A stretch of 64,000 bases of DNA from a bacterium (GTDB lineage: Bacteria > Lernaellota > Lernaellaia > JACKCT01), in NCBI GenBank assembly GCA_019912885.1, contig JAIOHV010000203.1:1885-65884 (forward strand). The letters are read 5' to 3'. The notes below the pieces were generated by a model. That model made no database searches and had not been told where the DNA came from. It was given only the letters and a program-made list of their open reading frames with translations. Made by a program: the position numbers and the translations under genes. Below are positions 1 to 8,825 of the stretch, one piece after another. The stretch's first letter is position 1. Each line of letters begins with the position of its first letter.

Positions 1-1092
1 CGCGAACGCACCGACGGTCGTCGCCACGTCCGCGCCGGGGCCGTACAGGCGATGATGCACGACGCGAAACGGGTCGGTGACGGCGGCGGTCGGGATCTCC
101 TCGACTCGGTCGGGCAGGGGGCCGTATCCCTCGGGCGTGCGCTCGAAGGCCCGCGCGATTTCGAGCAGGTCCGGGTTGATGTGAACGGTGGGGATCGGAT
201 CGTAAACGCTATAACCCATGACGTCGAAGTCGAACCCGCCCGCGCTTGCGCCGGCGCGAACCGCGCCGCCCGCGCGGGAAAAATCGTCGTCCGGGTTTTC
301 GGTGCGTGCGTCGAAATACGACTGCTTCGATAGCTCGTCGGTCAGCTCGTCCTTCCAATCAGGAATCCAGAGATCGAGAAAGCGCTTGAGGTTACGATAC
401 GCCGGTTCGTCCTCGACGGGCGCGAGGATATCGCCAAGCGGGAATCGCTGCCCGAGCACCGCGCCCGCGTCGCCGGCGACCGTCAGGCGCGTCGGACGCA
501 GGAACGGGATGACCAGACCCTCGACCTGAAACGCGCCGGCGTACCACGTCGCGTCGAGCGTCATCACCGGCAGGCGCGCAAGTCCGATCTCCGCGTCGAA
601 GTAGCGGTCGAAGTTGTAGGGGTTGATGAGATCCGTCGGGCTGACGATGTCCGTCTTGCCCCAGGACCAGATCTTCTGCCCCGCGGTGAGATCGACCGGG
701 CCGACGCGCCAGCGCGCGTACGCCTCCCACAATTCGGGCGTGTAGTGCGCGTCGTAGGCGTCCTCGTTGAAGGCGGCGTCGTACGTGACGATCCCGGAGA
801 TGCGTGCGGCCAGATCGCCGAAGGTGAAATCCCCCTGCGCGCGGACAAGTGTCAGCAGGGCGTAGATAAACTCGTCCTCGCCGTCGCGCGCGGTGTCGAC
901 GGCGGCCTTCTGCCACGCCTCGCCGGAAAGCACGCCGGCCGACACGGGGCCGGCGGCGGGTGCGTCGCCGAAAAAGTCATCCGGATCGTCAGGCGCGGCG
1001 GGCGCTTCGCCGAAAAACGCCGCGGAGTCGTCCCCGTCGCCTTGCGCGAACGCGATCGCCCCAAACGCGCAAAACGCGATCAGCGCGGCCAT
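1..1092 (-). CDS. Partial CDS; the C-terminus runs off the window start. Secreted hypothetical protein with signal peptide MAALIAFCAFGAIAFA; possibly an outer-membrane protein that partners the downstream LolA-like gene.
   Basis: Manual translation of the minus strand from ATG at 1092 gives a long, non-repetitive, protein-like sequence (WSWGKTDIVSPTDLINPYNF...) with an N-terminal signal peptide. It is absent from the ORF track because there is no stop inside the window. Confidence 0.5.
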   Translation of the reverse strand, partial: MAALIAFCAFGAIAFAQGDGDDSAAFFGEAPAAPDDPDDFFGDAPAAGPVSAGVLSGEAWQKAAVDTARDGEDEFIYALLTLVRAQGDFTFGDLAARISGIVTYDAAFNEDAYDAHYTPELWEAYARWRVGPVDLTAGQKIWSWGKTDIVSPTDLINPYNFDRYFDAEIGLARLPVMTLDATWYAGAFQVEGLVIPFLRPTRLTVAGDAGAVLGQRFPLGDILAPVEDEPAYRNLKRFLDLWIPDWKDELTDELSKQSYFDARTENPDDDFSRAGGAVRAGASAGGFDFDVMGYSVYDPIPTVHINPDLLEIARAFERTPEGYGPLPDRVEEIPTAAVTDPFRVVHHRLYGPGADVATTVGAFA

Positions 1093-1130
1093 CGCGGCGA
1101 GGGATCGGGGAGCCGTCACCCTTGGCGTCG

Positions 1131-1916
1131 CTAGAGCTGCGACTCGTCTTTCAGGAACCGCTCGGTGAAATAGTCGTCGGCGATCTTCGCGTCGGCCATG
1201 TACTTCGTGATGGCAACCGTCGTGGACGTGCCTTTTTGCACGTTTTTCATTTCGAAACGCCGCGCGATCCACAGGCCGGGCTTGTACTCCTCGAGCCCGG
1301 CGACGGTCATCGTTTTCAGCAGCTTGCCGTCCTTGTCGGAAAACTCGGCCTTGGTGACGACCTTGTTGTCCTGGCGCACCCAATATTTGATCTTGCTGTA
1401 TTCCGAACCGGTGGACGCCTTGGGCGCCGTCTCGACGACGTAATGCGCGGCGCCGTCCACCGTTTCGTCGGGCAGACGCTCGTGCGTGCCCTCCTCGGAA
1501 TCGTGCGGGGAAAGGTCGTAATAGCTGAAGTCCGTGCCCATGAAGCTCGAGGATTTCTGTGACGAGGCGATGCGGCGCACGCGCTTTAGCGCCGGCAGGT
1601 AGAGAAGCTGATCGTCGTCGCGCCCTTTGTTCTCGACCACGAGGAACTTCGTGCCCGCCACGTCCGCCGGCGCTTCGAACGAAATCACCGTGCGGCCGAG
1701 CTTGTCCTCCATCTTGACGCGGCTACGCAGCTTGCGCTCGCGCGTTTGCCCCTTGGCGTTTGTCAGCGTCATGTCGAGTTGCAGGAGCATGTTCTCCTGA
1801 TTGAAGCTCGACACCATGTCATCGACGATCTCGGACGCCTTCCTCTCGTCGGCGTGCGACGGCAAGGCGAAAACGGCGGCGGCGATCAATAGGACGAGGG
1901 CGAGGGCGCGCGGCAT
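1131..1916 (-). CDS. LolA-like outer-membrane lipoprotein-sorting family protein (periplasmic, signal peptide)
   Basis: 261 aa from internal ATG (MPRALALVLLIAAAVFALPSHA signal). Beta-rich sequence with YLPALKRVRRI-type motifs typical of LolA-like/DUF1329-type proteins. Confidence 0.55.
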   Translation of the reverse strand: MPRALALVLLIAAAVFALPSHADERKASEIVDDMVSSFNQENMLLQLDMTLTNAKGQTRERKLRSRVKMEDKLGRTVISFEAPADVAGTKFLVVENKGRDDDQLLYLPALKRVRRIASSQKSSSFMGTDFSYYDLSPHDSEEGTHERLPDETVDGAAHYVVETAPKASTGSEYSKIKYWVRQDNKVVTKAEFSDKDGKLLKTMTVAGLEEYKPGLWIARRFEMKNVQKGTSTTVAITKYMADAKIADDYFTERFLKDESQL

Positions 1917-1976
1917 GTTTGGCTCCTTCGTATGATTCGATAAGTCCACACGCGGCATGCCGCGCGCGTCAAGCGG

Positions 1977-2699
1977 TCAGGCTTCGGGCATCGGATCGCG
2001 CGCCGTCTTCAGAAGATCCCACCAGATGATGGCGATCGCGAGGCCGTAAAACAGGCCCGAAAGCCCGCCCGCGCCCGCGACGACGACCGCGAACGATTCG
2101 TTGAGCTTGGTCAGCCACCAGCCGCCCACGTCCAGGATGACGCCGATAAAACCCATCAGCACAAGACCCGTTTTGGCCCTGTGCGGGATCGAGGTCTGGT
2201 TCCAGAGGATCCAGGACATCGCGAGTGCCAGAAGGCCCATGCCGAAAAAGTGCTGATGCGATATCGTCGCCAGGCGGTCCCACGGCATGCCCTCGTCGGG
2301 CTTGGTGACGATGGCGACCTCGTCGTATTCCGTCAGCGGGCGGAAGCTCGATTTGCCAAGCGGGTTGTGGCAGTTCACGCAGCGGTTGTCGAGAACCTCC
2401 ATGACGGGGCCAAACGTTTTTTCGCGCGCGCCGGCGTCGAGCCATTCGAGAATCGTGTTCAGCTCGTCCTCGGTCTCCAGGTGCTCACGCATATCGCCGA
2501 GGACCATGTACTTGAGGCGCGTCATCGTCGGGTCGCCGTGGAAACGCACCTCGATATCGCGAAGGCTCATGCCCGGTTTTAAGTCGGCCTCATGCGTGGA
2601 GAAAAAGAGATTCGCGAGCGCCGTGAGATAGCCGAGGCCCAACACAAGCGCGAACATCGCTCCCGGAAGTTTCCGGTGCCAGACAGGTAAGTTTTTCAT
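1977..2699 (-). CDS. Membrane protein with a single c-type heme-binding motif (CVNCH)
   Basis: 240 aa with several hydrophobic helices; CxxCH at RCVNCHNPLG. It lies adjacent to cytochrome c-prime. Confidence 0.55.
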   Translation of the reverse strand: MKNLPVWHRKLPGAMFALVLGLGYLTALANLFFSTHEADLKPGMSLRDIEVRFHGDPTMTRLKYMVLGDMREHLETEDELNTILEWLDAGAREKTFGPVMEVLDNRCVNCHNPLGKSSFRPLTEYDEVAIVTKPDEGMPWDRLATISHQHFFGMGLLALAMSWILWNQTSIPHRAKTGLVLMGFIGVILDVGGWWLTKLNESFAVVVAGAGGLSGLFYGLAIAIIWWDLLKTARDPMPEA

Positions 2700-2708
2700 G
2701 GGGGCGGC

Positions 2709-3122
2709 TCAGTCGTGATCTTCCGGCCGGAAGATATCGTGGCACTTGTCGCACGAGTTTCCGAGCGCCCGGTACTTCTTGACGATCTCGCCCATGCCCG
2801 TGGCGCCGGCCAGATCGTTGGCCGCGACGACGGCCTCGTCCGCGAACTTCAGGAATTCGTCCTTGCGGTCCTTGTTTTGCGGCGGATCGAAATTCTTGGC
2901 GTTGGCAAGCTCCTTGGCGATCGTTTCCGCGTTTGTCTTCACGCCCGCCGTGTCGGCGTTCTCGACGGCCTTTTTGATCGCCTTGAAGACGTCCCGCACT
3001 TCTTCCATTTGCTTGTGAAGGGGCGAGTCCTCGTCGGCGACGAGCCGTGGCGCGTCGATGAGCGCGAACGCGACCATCGCCGCCAGCACCGTCAAACCCA
3101 AAACCTTTGCCGATAAACGCAT
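2709..3122 (-). CDS. Cytochrome c-prime (class II c-type cytochrome)
   Basis: 137 aa from ATG at 3122 (MRLSAKVLGLTVLAAMVAFA signal). Helical sequence with a single CxxCH (CDKCH) near the C-terminus, the hallmark of class II cytochromes c. Confidence 0.6.
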   Translation of the reverse strand: MRLSAKVLGLTVLAAMVAFALIDAPRLVADEDSPLHKQMEEVRDVFKAIKKAVENADTAGVKTNAETIAKELANAKNFDPPQNKDRKDEFLKFADEAVVAANDLAGATGMGEIVKKYRALGNSCDKCHDIFRPEDHD

Positions 3123-3269
3123 ATCTGAAAAACCTCCACGAAATTCGTCCCCGCGGGCGCCAAAAGTATAGGCGCACCTTTCGGCAGGAACAACGGATGG
3201 TTTTGCCGGAAATGGTGTGGATGTCGGACGAAGGCTTGTTCCGCTATCATCGCCGGCTAGGGGGACGCG

Positions 3270-4127
3270 GTGTCCGAAAAAGAAACCAAAACCGAAACCG
3301 AAACCGAAATCCTGCGGATCGCGTCGCGCCTGGCGGTCTGCCTTGTCGAGCCCATTCAACCCGGAAATATCGGCTCGGTCGCGCGCGCGATGAAAAACAT
3401 GGGGATGAGCCGGCTCGTGCTCGTGCGTCCGCCCGACCTGGACGCGCCCGAAGCGCGCATGATGTCCGTCGGCGCCATCGACATTCTGCGGAGCGCCACA
3501 ATCGCCGACACCGTTCGCGAGGCCGTCGCGCCGTTCCAAATTGTCGTCTCCACCACCGCGCGCGTGGGGCAAAAACGCCCGGCCGATTTCACGCCGCGCT
3601 CATTCGCCGCGCACGTCGCGCCGCTTCTTTCCGCCGGCGAGGAGGCCGTCGTCGTGTTTGGCCGCGAGGACAAGGGGCTGACGACGCGGGAGATCGACCT
3701 CGCGCCGCGCATCATCAATATCCCCGCCTCGCCGGAGTATCCGTCGCTCAACATCGCGCAGGCGGTGCTCATCGTCGGCTACGAGGTGTATTGTGCCCTG
3801 GCGGGCGAGGCGGCCGAGCGCGTGCCGGAGCGAAAGCTCGTCGACGCCGATCAGATCGAGCGCCTGTTCGAGCAGGTGCGCCCGCTGCTTTTGGAAATCG
3901 GGTTTCTCGATCCTTCGAATCCGGAGTTCATCCTGAGCGCGCTGCGAAAGATCGCCGGGAGGGCCGGGTTGAACTGGCGCGAGGCGAAGATCCTTCGCGG
4001 CATCTGTTCGGATATGGAATGGTATCTCAACCATGTGGCGGAAAAAGGAGAGCGCGATGGTTCGCGTGAAGTGGACGGGGGCCGCGGGCCTTCAGATCAC
4101 GCACGAAGGCCGGACGTGGCTGATTGA
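3270..4127 (+). CDS. SpoU-family RNA 2-prime-O-methyltransferase (TrmJ/TrmH-like)
   Basis: GTG start. VCLVEPIQPGNIGSVARAMKNMG, VVVFGREDKGL and INIPASPEYPSLNIAQAVLIVGYEV motifs of SPOUT methyltransferases. The N-terminus SEKETKTETETE is encoded by an (AAACCG)4 repeat. Confidence 0.8.
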   Translation: MSEKETKTETETEILRIASRLAVCLVEPIQPGNIGSVARAMKNMGMSRLVLVRPPDLDAPEARMMSVGAIDILRSATIADTVREAVAPFQIVVSTTARVGQKRPADFTPRSFAAHVAPLLSAGEEAVVVFGREDKGLTTREIDLAPRIINIPASPEYPSLNIAQAVLIVGYEVYCALAGEAAERVPERKLVDADQIERLFEQVRPLLLEIGFLDPSNPEFILSALRKIAGRAGLNWREAKILRGICSDMEWYLNHVAEKGERDGSREVDGGRGPSDHARRPDVAD

Positions 4128-4884
4128 TCCGTACCACACGCGCTCGGGCAAGGGGAGCGTGTTGTTCGGCAAGCTCGCCAGCGACGAGGCGCGCGTCGCC
4201 GGGATCGCGGCCGGTTTGCCCGGCGAGTTGTCGGGCGTGATCGTCGGGCATACGCATTTCGATCATGCGCTCGACATCCCTTGGTTCGCGCGGCAAACGA
4301 CCGTGCCGATCGTCGGCAGCGCGTCGCTTGAGACGCTGCTTGGCGTATTCGGCATCGCGGGCCGCGTGACGGTTTGCCGAGGCGGGGAGGAACAACCGCT
4401 CCCCGGCGGCGCGACGGTCAAGATGATTCCCTCGCGGCACGGCCTCGTGCTGTTCGGGCGCGTGCCGTATCCAGGCGAGGTGGAGCCCGGCGGCGAGCCG
4501 CCGCTTCCGGCCACGCGCTACCGCGTCGGCGGCATCTTCGCGCCGCTGATAAACGTCGGCGGAAAGTCGATCCTGCACATGGGAAGCGCGAATCTCGTGG
4601 ACGAAGCCCTTGAGGGCGCGCGCGCGGATATCGTATTCATGTGCATCCCCGGCTGGAAACGCACGCCGGACTACCACAAACGCGTCCTGTCGCGCGTGCG
4701 TCCGTCGGTCGTCGTGCCGTTTCACTTCGACGACTTCACGCGGCCCTTCCGGGCCGACGGCTCCGCCCCCGACCTGCCGTTTTTCGGGCAGCCCGCCAAG
4801 GACGAGTTCGCGCGGGCAATCGCCGCGTGCGCGCCGGACGCGCGCATCGTCTTTCCGCGGACCAACGAGACGCTGGAGCTTTGA
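4057..4884 (+). CDS. MBL-fold metallo-hydrolase
   Basis: HTHFDH metal-binding motif. GGAGAG RBS before ATG at 4057. Overlaps the preceding CDS by about 71 nt. Confidence 0.7.
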   Translation: MVRVKWTGAAGLQITHEGRTWLIDPYHTRSGKGSVLFGKLASDEARVAGIAAGLPGELSGVIVGHTHFDHALDIPWFARQTTVPIVGSASLETLLGVFGIAGRVTVCRGGEEQPLPGGATVKMIPSRHGLVLFGRVPYPGEVEPGGEPPLPATRYRVGGIFAPLINVGGKSILHMGSANLVDEALEGARADIVFMCIPGWKRTPDYHKRVLSRVRPSVVVPFHFDDFTRPFRADGSAPDLPFFGQPAKDEFARAIAACAPDARIVFPRTNETLEL

Positions 4885-4886
4885 TC

Positions 4887-6305
4887 GTGCCGGGACGGCG
4901 CGGACGATTCGGACTGACGCTTCGCGCGAAGCTGTTGTTCCTGTTGTTCGCGTTATCCGTGCTGCCCGCGGCCGTGACCTGGGTGACCGCGACGCACCTT
5001 ATGAACGAGATGGCCGACGACGTGCTGCACGGCATCGACACGGCCGTGACGCGCGCTGAAAGCGCGCTGGCGCGCGATCCGGCCGACGCGCGCGGAAAGC
5101 AATTCGCGGATCACGTGCAGGCCATCGCGTCGATGCGTCACCGCGAAATGCTCTGGAATATGGCGGCGACGGGCGTCGGCCTGTTGCTGGGCCTCACCAT
5201 TGTGTTGCTGGTTTTGTCGCGCCGGCTAGCGGGCCGTATGAGTGAGCCCATCGAGCGGCTGGCCAAAGCGATGTCGGACATGGACACGGGCGAGCGGATT
5301 TCCGATGCGATCCACCCGATCCCCGACGACACCGATCTGGCGCGGCTCTCGCGGGATTCGGGCGACGAGCTTGGCGATCTTGCCCGGCGCTTCAACACGA
5401 TGGCGACGACGATCGCGCACCTGCGCGGCAATCTCGAGGAGTTCAAGGCGCGGATGGAGCGCGCGTCGCAAGCGCTCGACGAGCCGGACCTGCCGCCGGA
5501 GGATTCCCAGCGGCTCCAGCAACGGCGGCTGGAAGAGGCGGCCGGGAGCCTGGCGCAGCTCGATCGCGACACCGACGAGCTGTTGTCGATGGTTCGCCAC
5601 GAATTGAAAACGCCGCTGACTTCGATCGTCGCAAGCTCCGAGGCCCTGCTTTCGAACCTGCCGTTCAGCCCGGAAAAGCGGACGGGGTTCATCCACATCA
5701 TCCAAGAGGAGGCGCAGCGGCTGACGCGCCTCATCAACGAAGTGCTCGACCCCGCGCGGCCGTCGCCCGCGGCCGTGGGACGCGAGAGGCCCGTCGATCT
5801 GCGGGCCCGGCTGCGTCACGCGGTGCGCGCGGCGGCGCCGATCGCCGAAGCCAAGGGCGTGACGCTCGACATGGAAATCGATGATGACGAACGGTTGGCG
5901 AGCGTTCCGGCCGACGCGGACCGGCTGGCGCAGGCGGTCACAAACCTGCTCGACAACGCCATCCGGTTCACGCCCGCGGGCGGGCGCGTCGTGCTTGGCG
6001 CGGGCGTCAGGAGAGACGGCGACGAGCGGCGCGAAGTGGCGCACGTCTTTGTAAAAGACACCGGGCCGGGCATTCCGCCGGCCATCGAGGATCGTGTCTT
6101 CGAAAAATACGAGACGCTTGACCCGTCCACAAAAGACACCCCCGGCGGCCGCGGGCTCGGCATGGCGATCGCGCGGGAGATCGTCGAGGGACACGGCGGG
6201 CGCATCTGGTTTGCAACGGCGCCCGGCGGGGGTGCCATCTTCCACTTCACGCTGCCGCTGATGGAGCGCCACGCGGCGTCCGGCGGCGCCGCCGTGAATG
6301 TTTGA
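4887..6305 (+). CDS. Sensor histidine kinase (TM, HAMP, HisKA, HATPase_c); orphan, with no adjacent response regulator
   Basis: GTG at 4887, directly after the upstream stop. H-box VRHELKTPLTSI, N-box LLDNAIRFT, G-boxes DTGPGI and GGRGLGMAI. Confidence 0.8.
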   Translation: MPGRRGRFGLTLRAKLLFLLFALSVLPAAVTWVTATHLMNEMADDVLHGIDTAVTRAESALARDPADARGKQFADHVQAIASMRHREMLWNMAATGVGLLLGLTIVLLVLSRRLAGRMSEPIERLAKAMSDMDTGERISDAIHPIPDDTDLARLSRDSGDELGDLARRFNTMATTIAHLRGNLEEFKARMERASQALDEPDLPPEDSQRLQQRRLEEAAGSLAQLDRDTDELLSMVRHELKTPLTSIVASSEALLSNLPFSPEKRTGFIHIIQEEAQRLTRLINEVLDPARPSPAAVGRERPVDLRARLRHAVRAAAPIAEAKGVTLDMEIDDDERLASVPADADRLAQAVTNLLDNAIRFTPAGGRVVLGAGVRRDGDERREVAHVFVKDTGPGIPPAIEDRVFEKYETLDPSTKDTPGGRGLGMAIAREIVEGHGGRIWFATAPGGGAIFHFTLPLMERHAASGGAAVNV

Positions 6306-6355
6306 CCGGCAATCCGGCCGCGTGATATCCGGTTGAGCCCTTCGCGGGAGCGTCG

Positions 6356-8170
6356 ATGAACATCCTCGGAATCAGCGCGTTCTATCACGATTCGGCGGCG
6401 GCGCTTGTCGTCGACGGCGAGATCGTGGCCGCCGCGCAGGAGGAGCGCTTCACCCGCGTCAAGCACGACGAGGGATGGCCGGAGCACGCCATCGACGCGG
6501 TCCTCGCGCAGGCGGGCATCAAGGCCGGGGATCTCGACCTTGTCGCTTTCTACGACAAGCCGTTCAGGAAATTCGAAAGGCTTTTGAAAAGCTTTCTCAA
6601 CGACGCGCCGCGCGGATATCGGTTATTCCTGCACGCGATGCCGCTTTGGGTTCGCCAGAAACTGCACATCCACGGCATCGCGGAGCGCGAACTCGGGTAC
6701 AAGGGGACGATCGTTTTCCCGGAGCACCACGAATCGCACGCGGCGTCCGCGTTTTATCCGTCACCGTTTGACGAGGCGGCGTTCCTGACGATGGACGCCA
6801 TCGGCGAATGGACGACGACGAGCTTCGGCATCGGCCGCGGCAACGACATCGAGATCCTCGCCCAGATTCGCTTCCCGCACTCGCTGGGCCTTTTGTACTC
6901 CGCCTTCACGGCGTATTGCGGATTTCGCGTCAACTCCGGCGAATACAAGCTGATGGGCCTTGCGCCCTACGGCGAGCCGAAATACGCCGACCGCATCCGC
7001 GACCGTCTCATCGACATCAAGGACGACGGCTCGTTTCGCCTGAACCCGGAGTATTTCACCTACATCGTCGGCACGCGCATGACCGGGAAAAAATTCGACG
7101 CGCTGTTCGACGGGCCGCCGCGAAAGCCCGAGAGCCCGACCGATCCGCGTTACATGGACATCGCCGCGTCCGTCCAGGCGGTGACCGAGGAGGTCGTCTC
7201 CAAGGCCGCGCGGCACGTGCGGCGCGAAACGGGCATGACGCGCCTTTGCATGGCCGGCGGCGTGGCGCTCAACTGCGTCGCGAACGGGAAGCTGCTGCGC
7301 GAAGGGACCTTTGATGCCATCTGGGTGCAACCTGCGTCCGGCGACGCGGGCGGGGCGCTTGGCGCGGCGCTGTGGGCTTGGCACCGATACCACGGCGCGC
7401 CCCGCACGCCGCGCCCCCGGGGCACGCAGGGCGGCTCGTATCTTGGCCCCGCGTACGATGACGACGCCATCGCGGCGTACCTCGACGGCATCGGCGCGCC
7501 TTACCGGCGCCTGTCGCGCGACAAGCTTTTGCGCGAGACGGCCGAGCGCCTGGCGAATGAACAGGTGGTCGGCTGGTTTCAGGGGCGCATGGAGTACGGC
7601 CCGCGCGCGCTCGGGGGGCGGTCGATCCTCGGCGATCCGCGCTCGCCGGCGATGCAGCGCGTCATGAATCTGAAGATCAAGTACCGCGAGTCGTTCCGTC
7701 CCTTTGCGCCCGCGGTCCTGGCCGACCGCGCGGGTCAGTGGTTCGACCTTGCGTGCGAATCGCCCTACATGCTGCTTGTCGCCGATGTGCGCGGCGAGCA
7801 TCGCAAGGCGCTTACCGACGAGGAGAAGAAGCGCACGGGGCTCGATCTTCTCAACACGCCGCGCTCGTCGATTCCCGCCGTGACGCACGTCGATGGCTCC
7901 GCGCGCGTGCAGACGGTCGCCCGTGAGGACAACGAGCTTTTCTACGACCTCATCGCGGCGTTCGCGGACCAGACGGGCGTGCCCGTGCTCGTGAACACCA
8001 GCTTCAACGTGCGCGGCGAGCCGATCGTGGAAAAACCGGAGGACGCCTACCGCTGCTTCATGCGTACCGAGATGGACCTGCTCGTCATGGGCTCGCTGCT
8101 TTTGGAAAAGACCTCCCAGCCGAAGGTCGAGGAAACGCACGACTGGCGGCAGGAATTTCCGCCGGACTGA
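6356..8170 (+). CDS. Carbamoyltransferase, NodU/CmcH family
   Basis: 604 aa. N-terminus MNILGISAFYHDSAAALVVDGEIVAAAQEERFTRVKHD and overall architecture typical of NodU/CmcH O-carbamoyltransferases. Confidence 0.85.
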   Translation: MNILGISAFYHDSAAALVVDGEIVAAAQEERFTRVKHDEGWPEHAIDAVLAQAGIKAGDLDLVAFYDKPFRKFERLLKSFLNDAPRGYRLFLHAMPLWVRQKLHIHGIAERELGYKGTIVFPEHHESHAASAFYPSPFDEAAFLTMDAIGEWTTTSFGIGRGNDIEILAQIRFPHSLGLLYSAFTAYCGFRVNSGEYKLMGLAPYGEPKYADRIRDRLIDIKDDGSFRLNPEYFTYIVGTRMTGKKFDALFDGPPRKPESPTDPRYMDIAASVQAVTEEVVSKAARHVRRETGMTRLCMAGGVALNCVANGKLLREGTFDAIWVQPASGDAGGALGAALWAWHRYHGAPRTPRPRGTQGGSYLGPAYDDDAIAAYLDGIGAPYRRLSRDKLLRETAERLANEQVVGWFQGRMEYGPRALGGRSILGDPRSPAMQRVMNLKIKYRESFRPFAPAVLADRAGQWFDLACESPYMLLVADVRGEHRKALTDEEKKRTGLDLLNTPRSSIPAVTHVDGSARVQTVAREDNELFYDLIAAFADQTGVPVLVNTSFNVRGEPIVEKPEDAYRCFMRTEMDLLVMGSLLLEKTSQPKVEETHDWRQEFPPD

Positions 8171-8174
8171 TGCC

Positions 8175-8573
8175 ATGAAACGCAAGGAGAGGCCCGGTGA
8201 TATCTGGAAGTTCTCGCTGACGCTGGGGTGCATCCTTGCGCTGGTCGGCGGACTGCGCGCGTATCACGGCGCGCCGATTTCCTACCCGCTCATCGGGCTT
8301 GGCGTGGTGGCGGCGATTCTCGGTTTCGCCGCGCCGCCGGTGATGCGGCCGATCTACAAGGGCGGGATGTTTTTCGCGGACAAGATGTCGTTTGTCGTCA
8401 CGCGCATCGTGCTGACGCTCTTTTTCGTCTTCGTCATGACGCCGTACGGGCTGTTTTTTCGGCTTGCCCGCAAGGACCTGCTCGATCGCTATCCTCACCC
8501 GGAGCGCGAAACGTACTGGCAGCCCCGCGAACGCAAGCCGTTCGACAAGAAGCAGGCCCAGCGGATGTTTTAG
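8175..8573 (+). CDS. Small integral membrane protein, translationally coupled to the carbamoyltransferase (possibly SxtJ-like)
   Basis: 132 aa with 3-4 predicted TM helices. ATG lies 4 nt after the upstream stop. Small membrane proteins of this kind often accompany NodU-type carbamoyltransferases. Confidence 0.45.
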   Translation: MKRKERPGDIWKFSLTLGCILALVGGLRAYHGAPISYPLIGLGVVAAILGFAAPPVMRPIYKGGMFFADKMSFVVTRIVLTLFFVFVMTPYGLFFRLARKDLLDRYPHPERETYWQPRERKPFDKKQAQRMF

Positions 8574-8589
8574 GAAGGCGGCAAGACGG

Positions 8590-8715
8590 GAAGCCTGGAA
8601 GGTCATCGCGGGAATAGTCTGGAAGTCTGAAAAGTCATCGCAAATCGCAAACGCCCGTTCGCCGGGGTCCATCATGTCCATCCAGTCCATCATATCCATT
8701 TTGTCCATTCGGGCA
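8590..8715. repeat. Repeat-rich 3-prime intergenic tract: direct repeats CTGGAAG/GTCATCGC followed by GTCCAT(CAT) iterons
   Basis: ggaagcctggaaggtcatcgcgg...ctggaagtctgaaaagtcatcgc, then gtccatcatgtccatccagtccatcatatccattttgtccat (8667-8710). Confidence 0.7.
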
Positions 8716-8776
8716 GGGGCACGAAGTCCGTCGCGATGCCCGTTCAGACTTCCGGTCTATCCGGCCTGAAAAAAAA

Positions 8777-8805
8777 GCGGGGCTCCGAAGAGCCCCGCTT
8801 TTTGG
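8777..8805. terminator. Rho-independent terminator, bidirectional between convergent genes
   Basis: gcggggctc-cgaa-gagccccgc perfect 9-bp GC stem followed by TTTTTGG; an A-tract upstream allows function on both strands. Confidence 0.8.
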
Positions 8806-8825
8806 CGGTCAGGTTTTTTAGTCGA

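Noticed and set aside
8085-8708. 207-aa ORF beginning MDKMDMMDWMDMMD
   Set aside because: Its start is the GTCCAT iteron array read in frame and the rest is antisense to the SxtJ-like gene; it is not protein-like.
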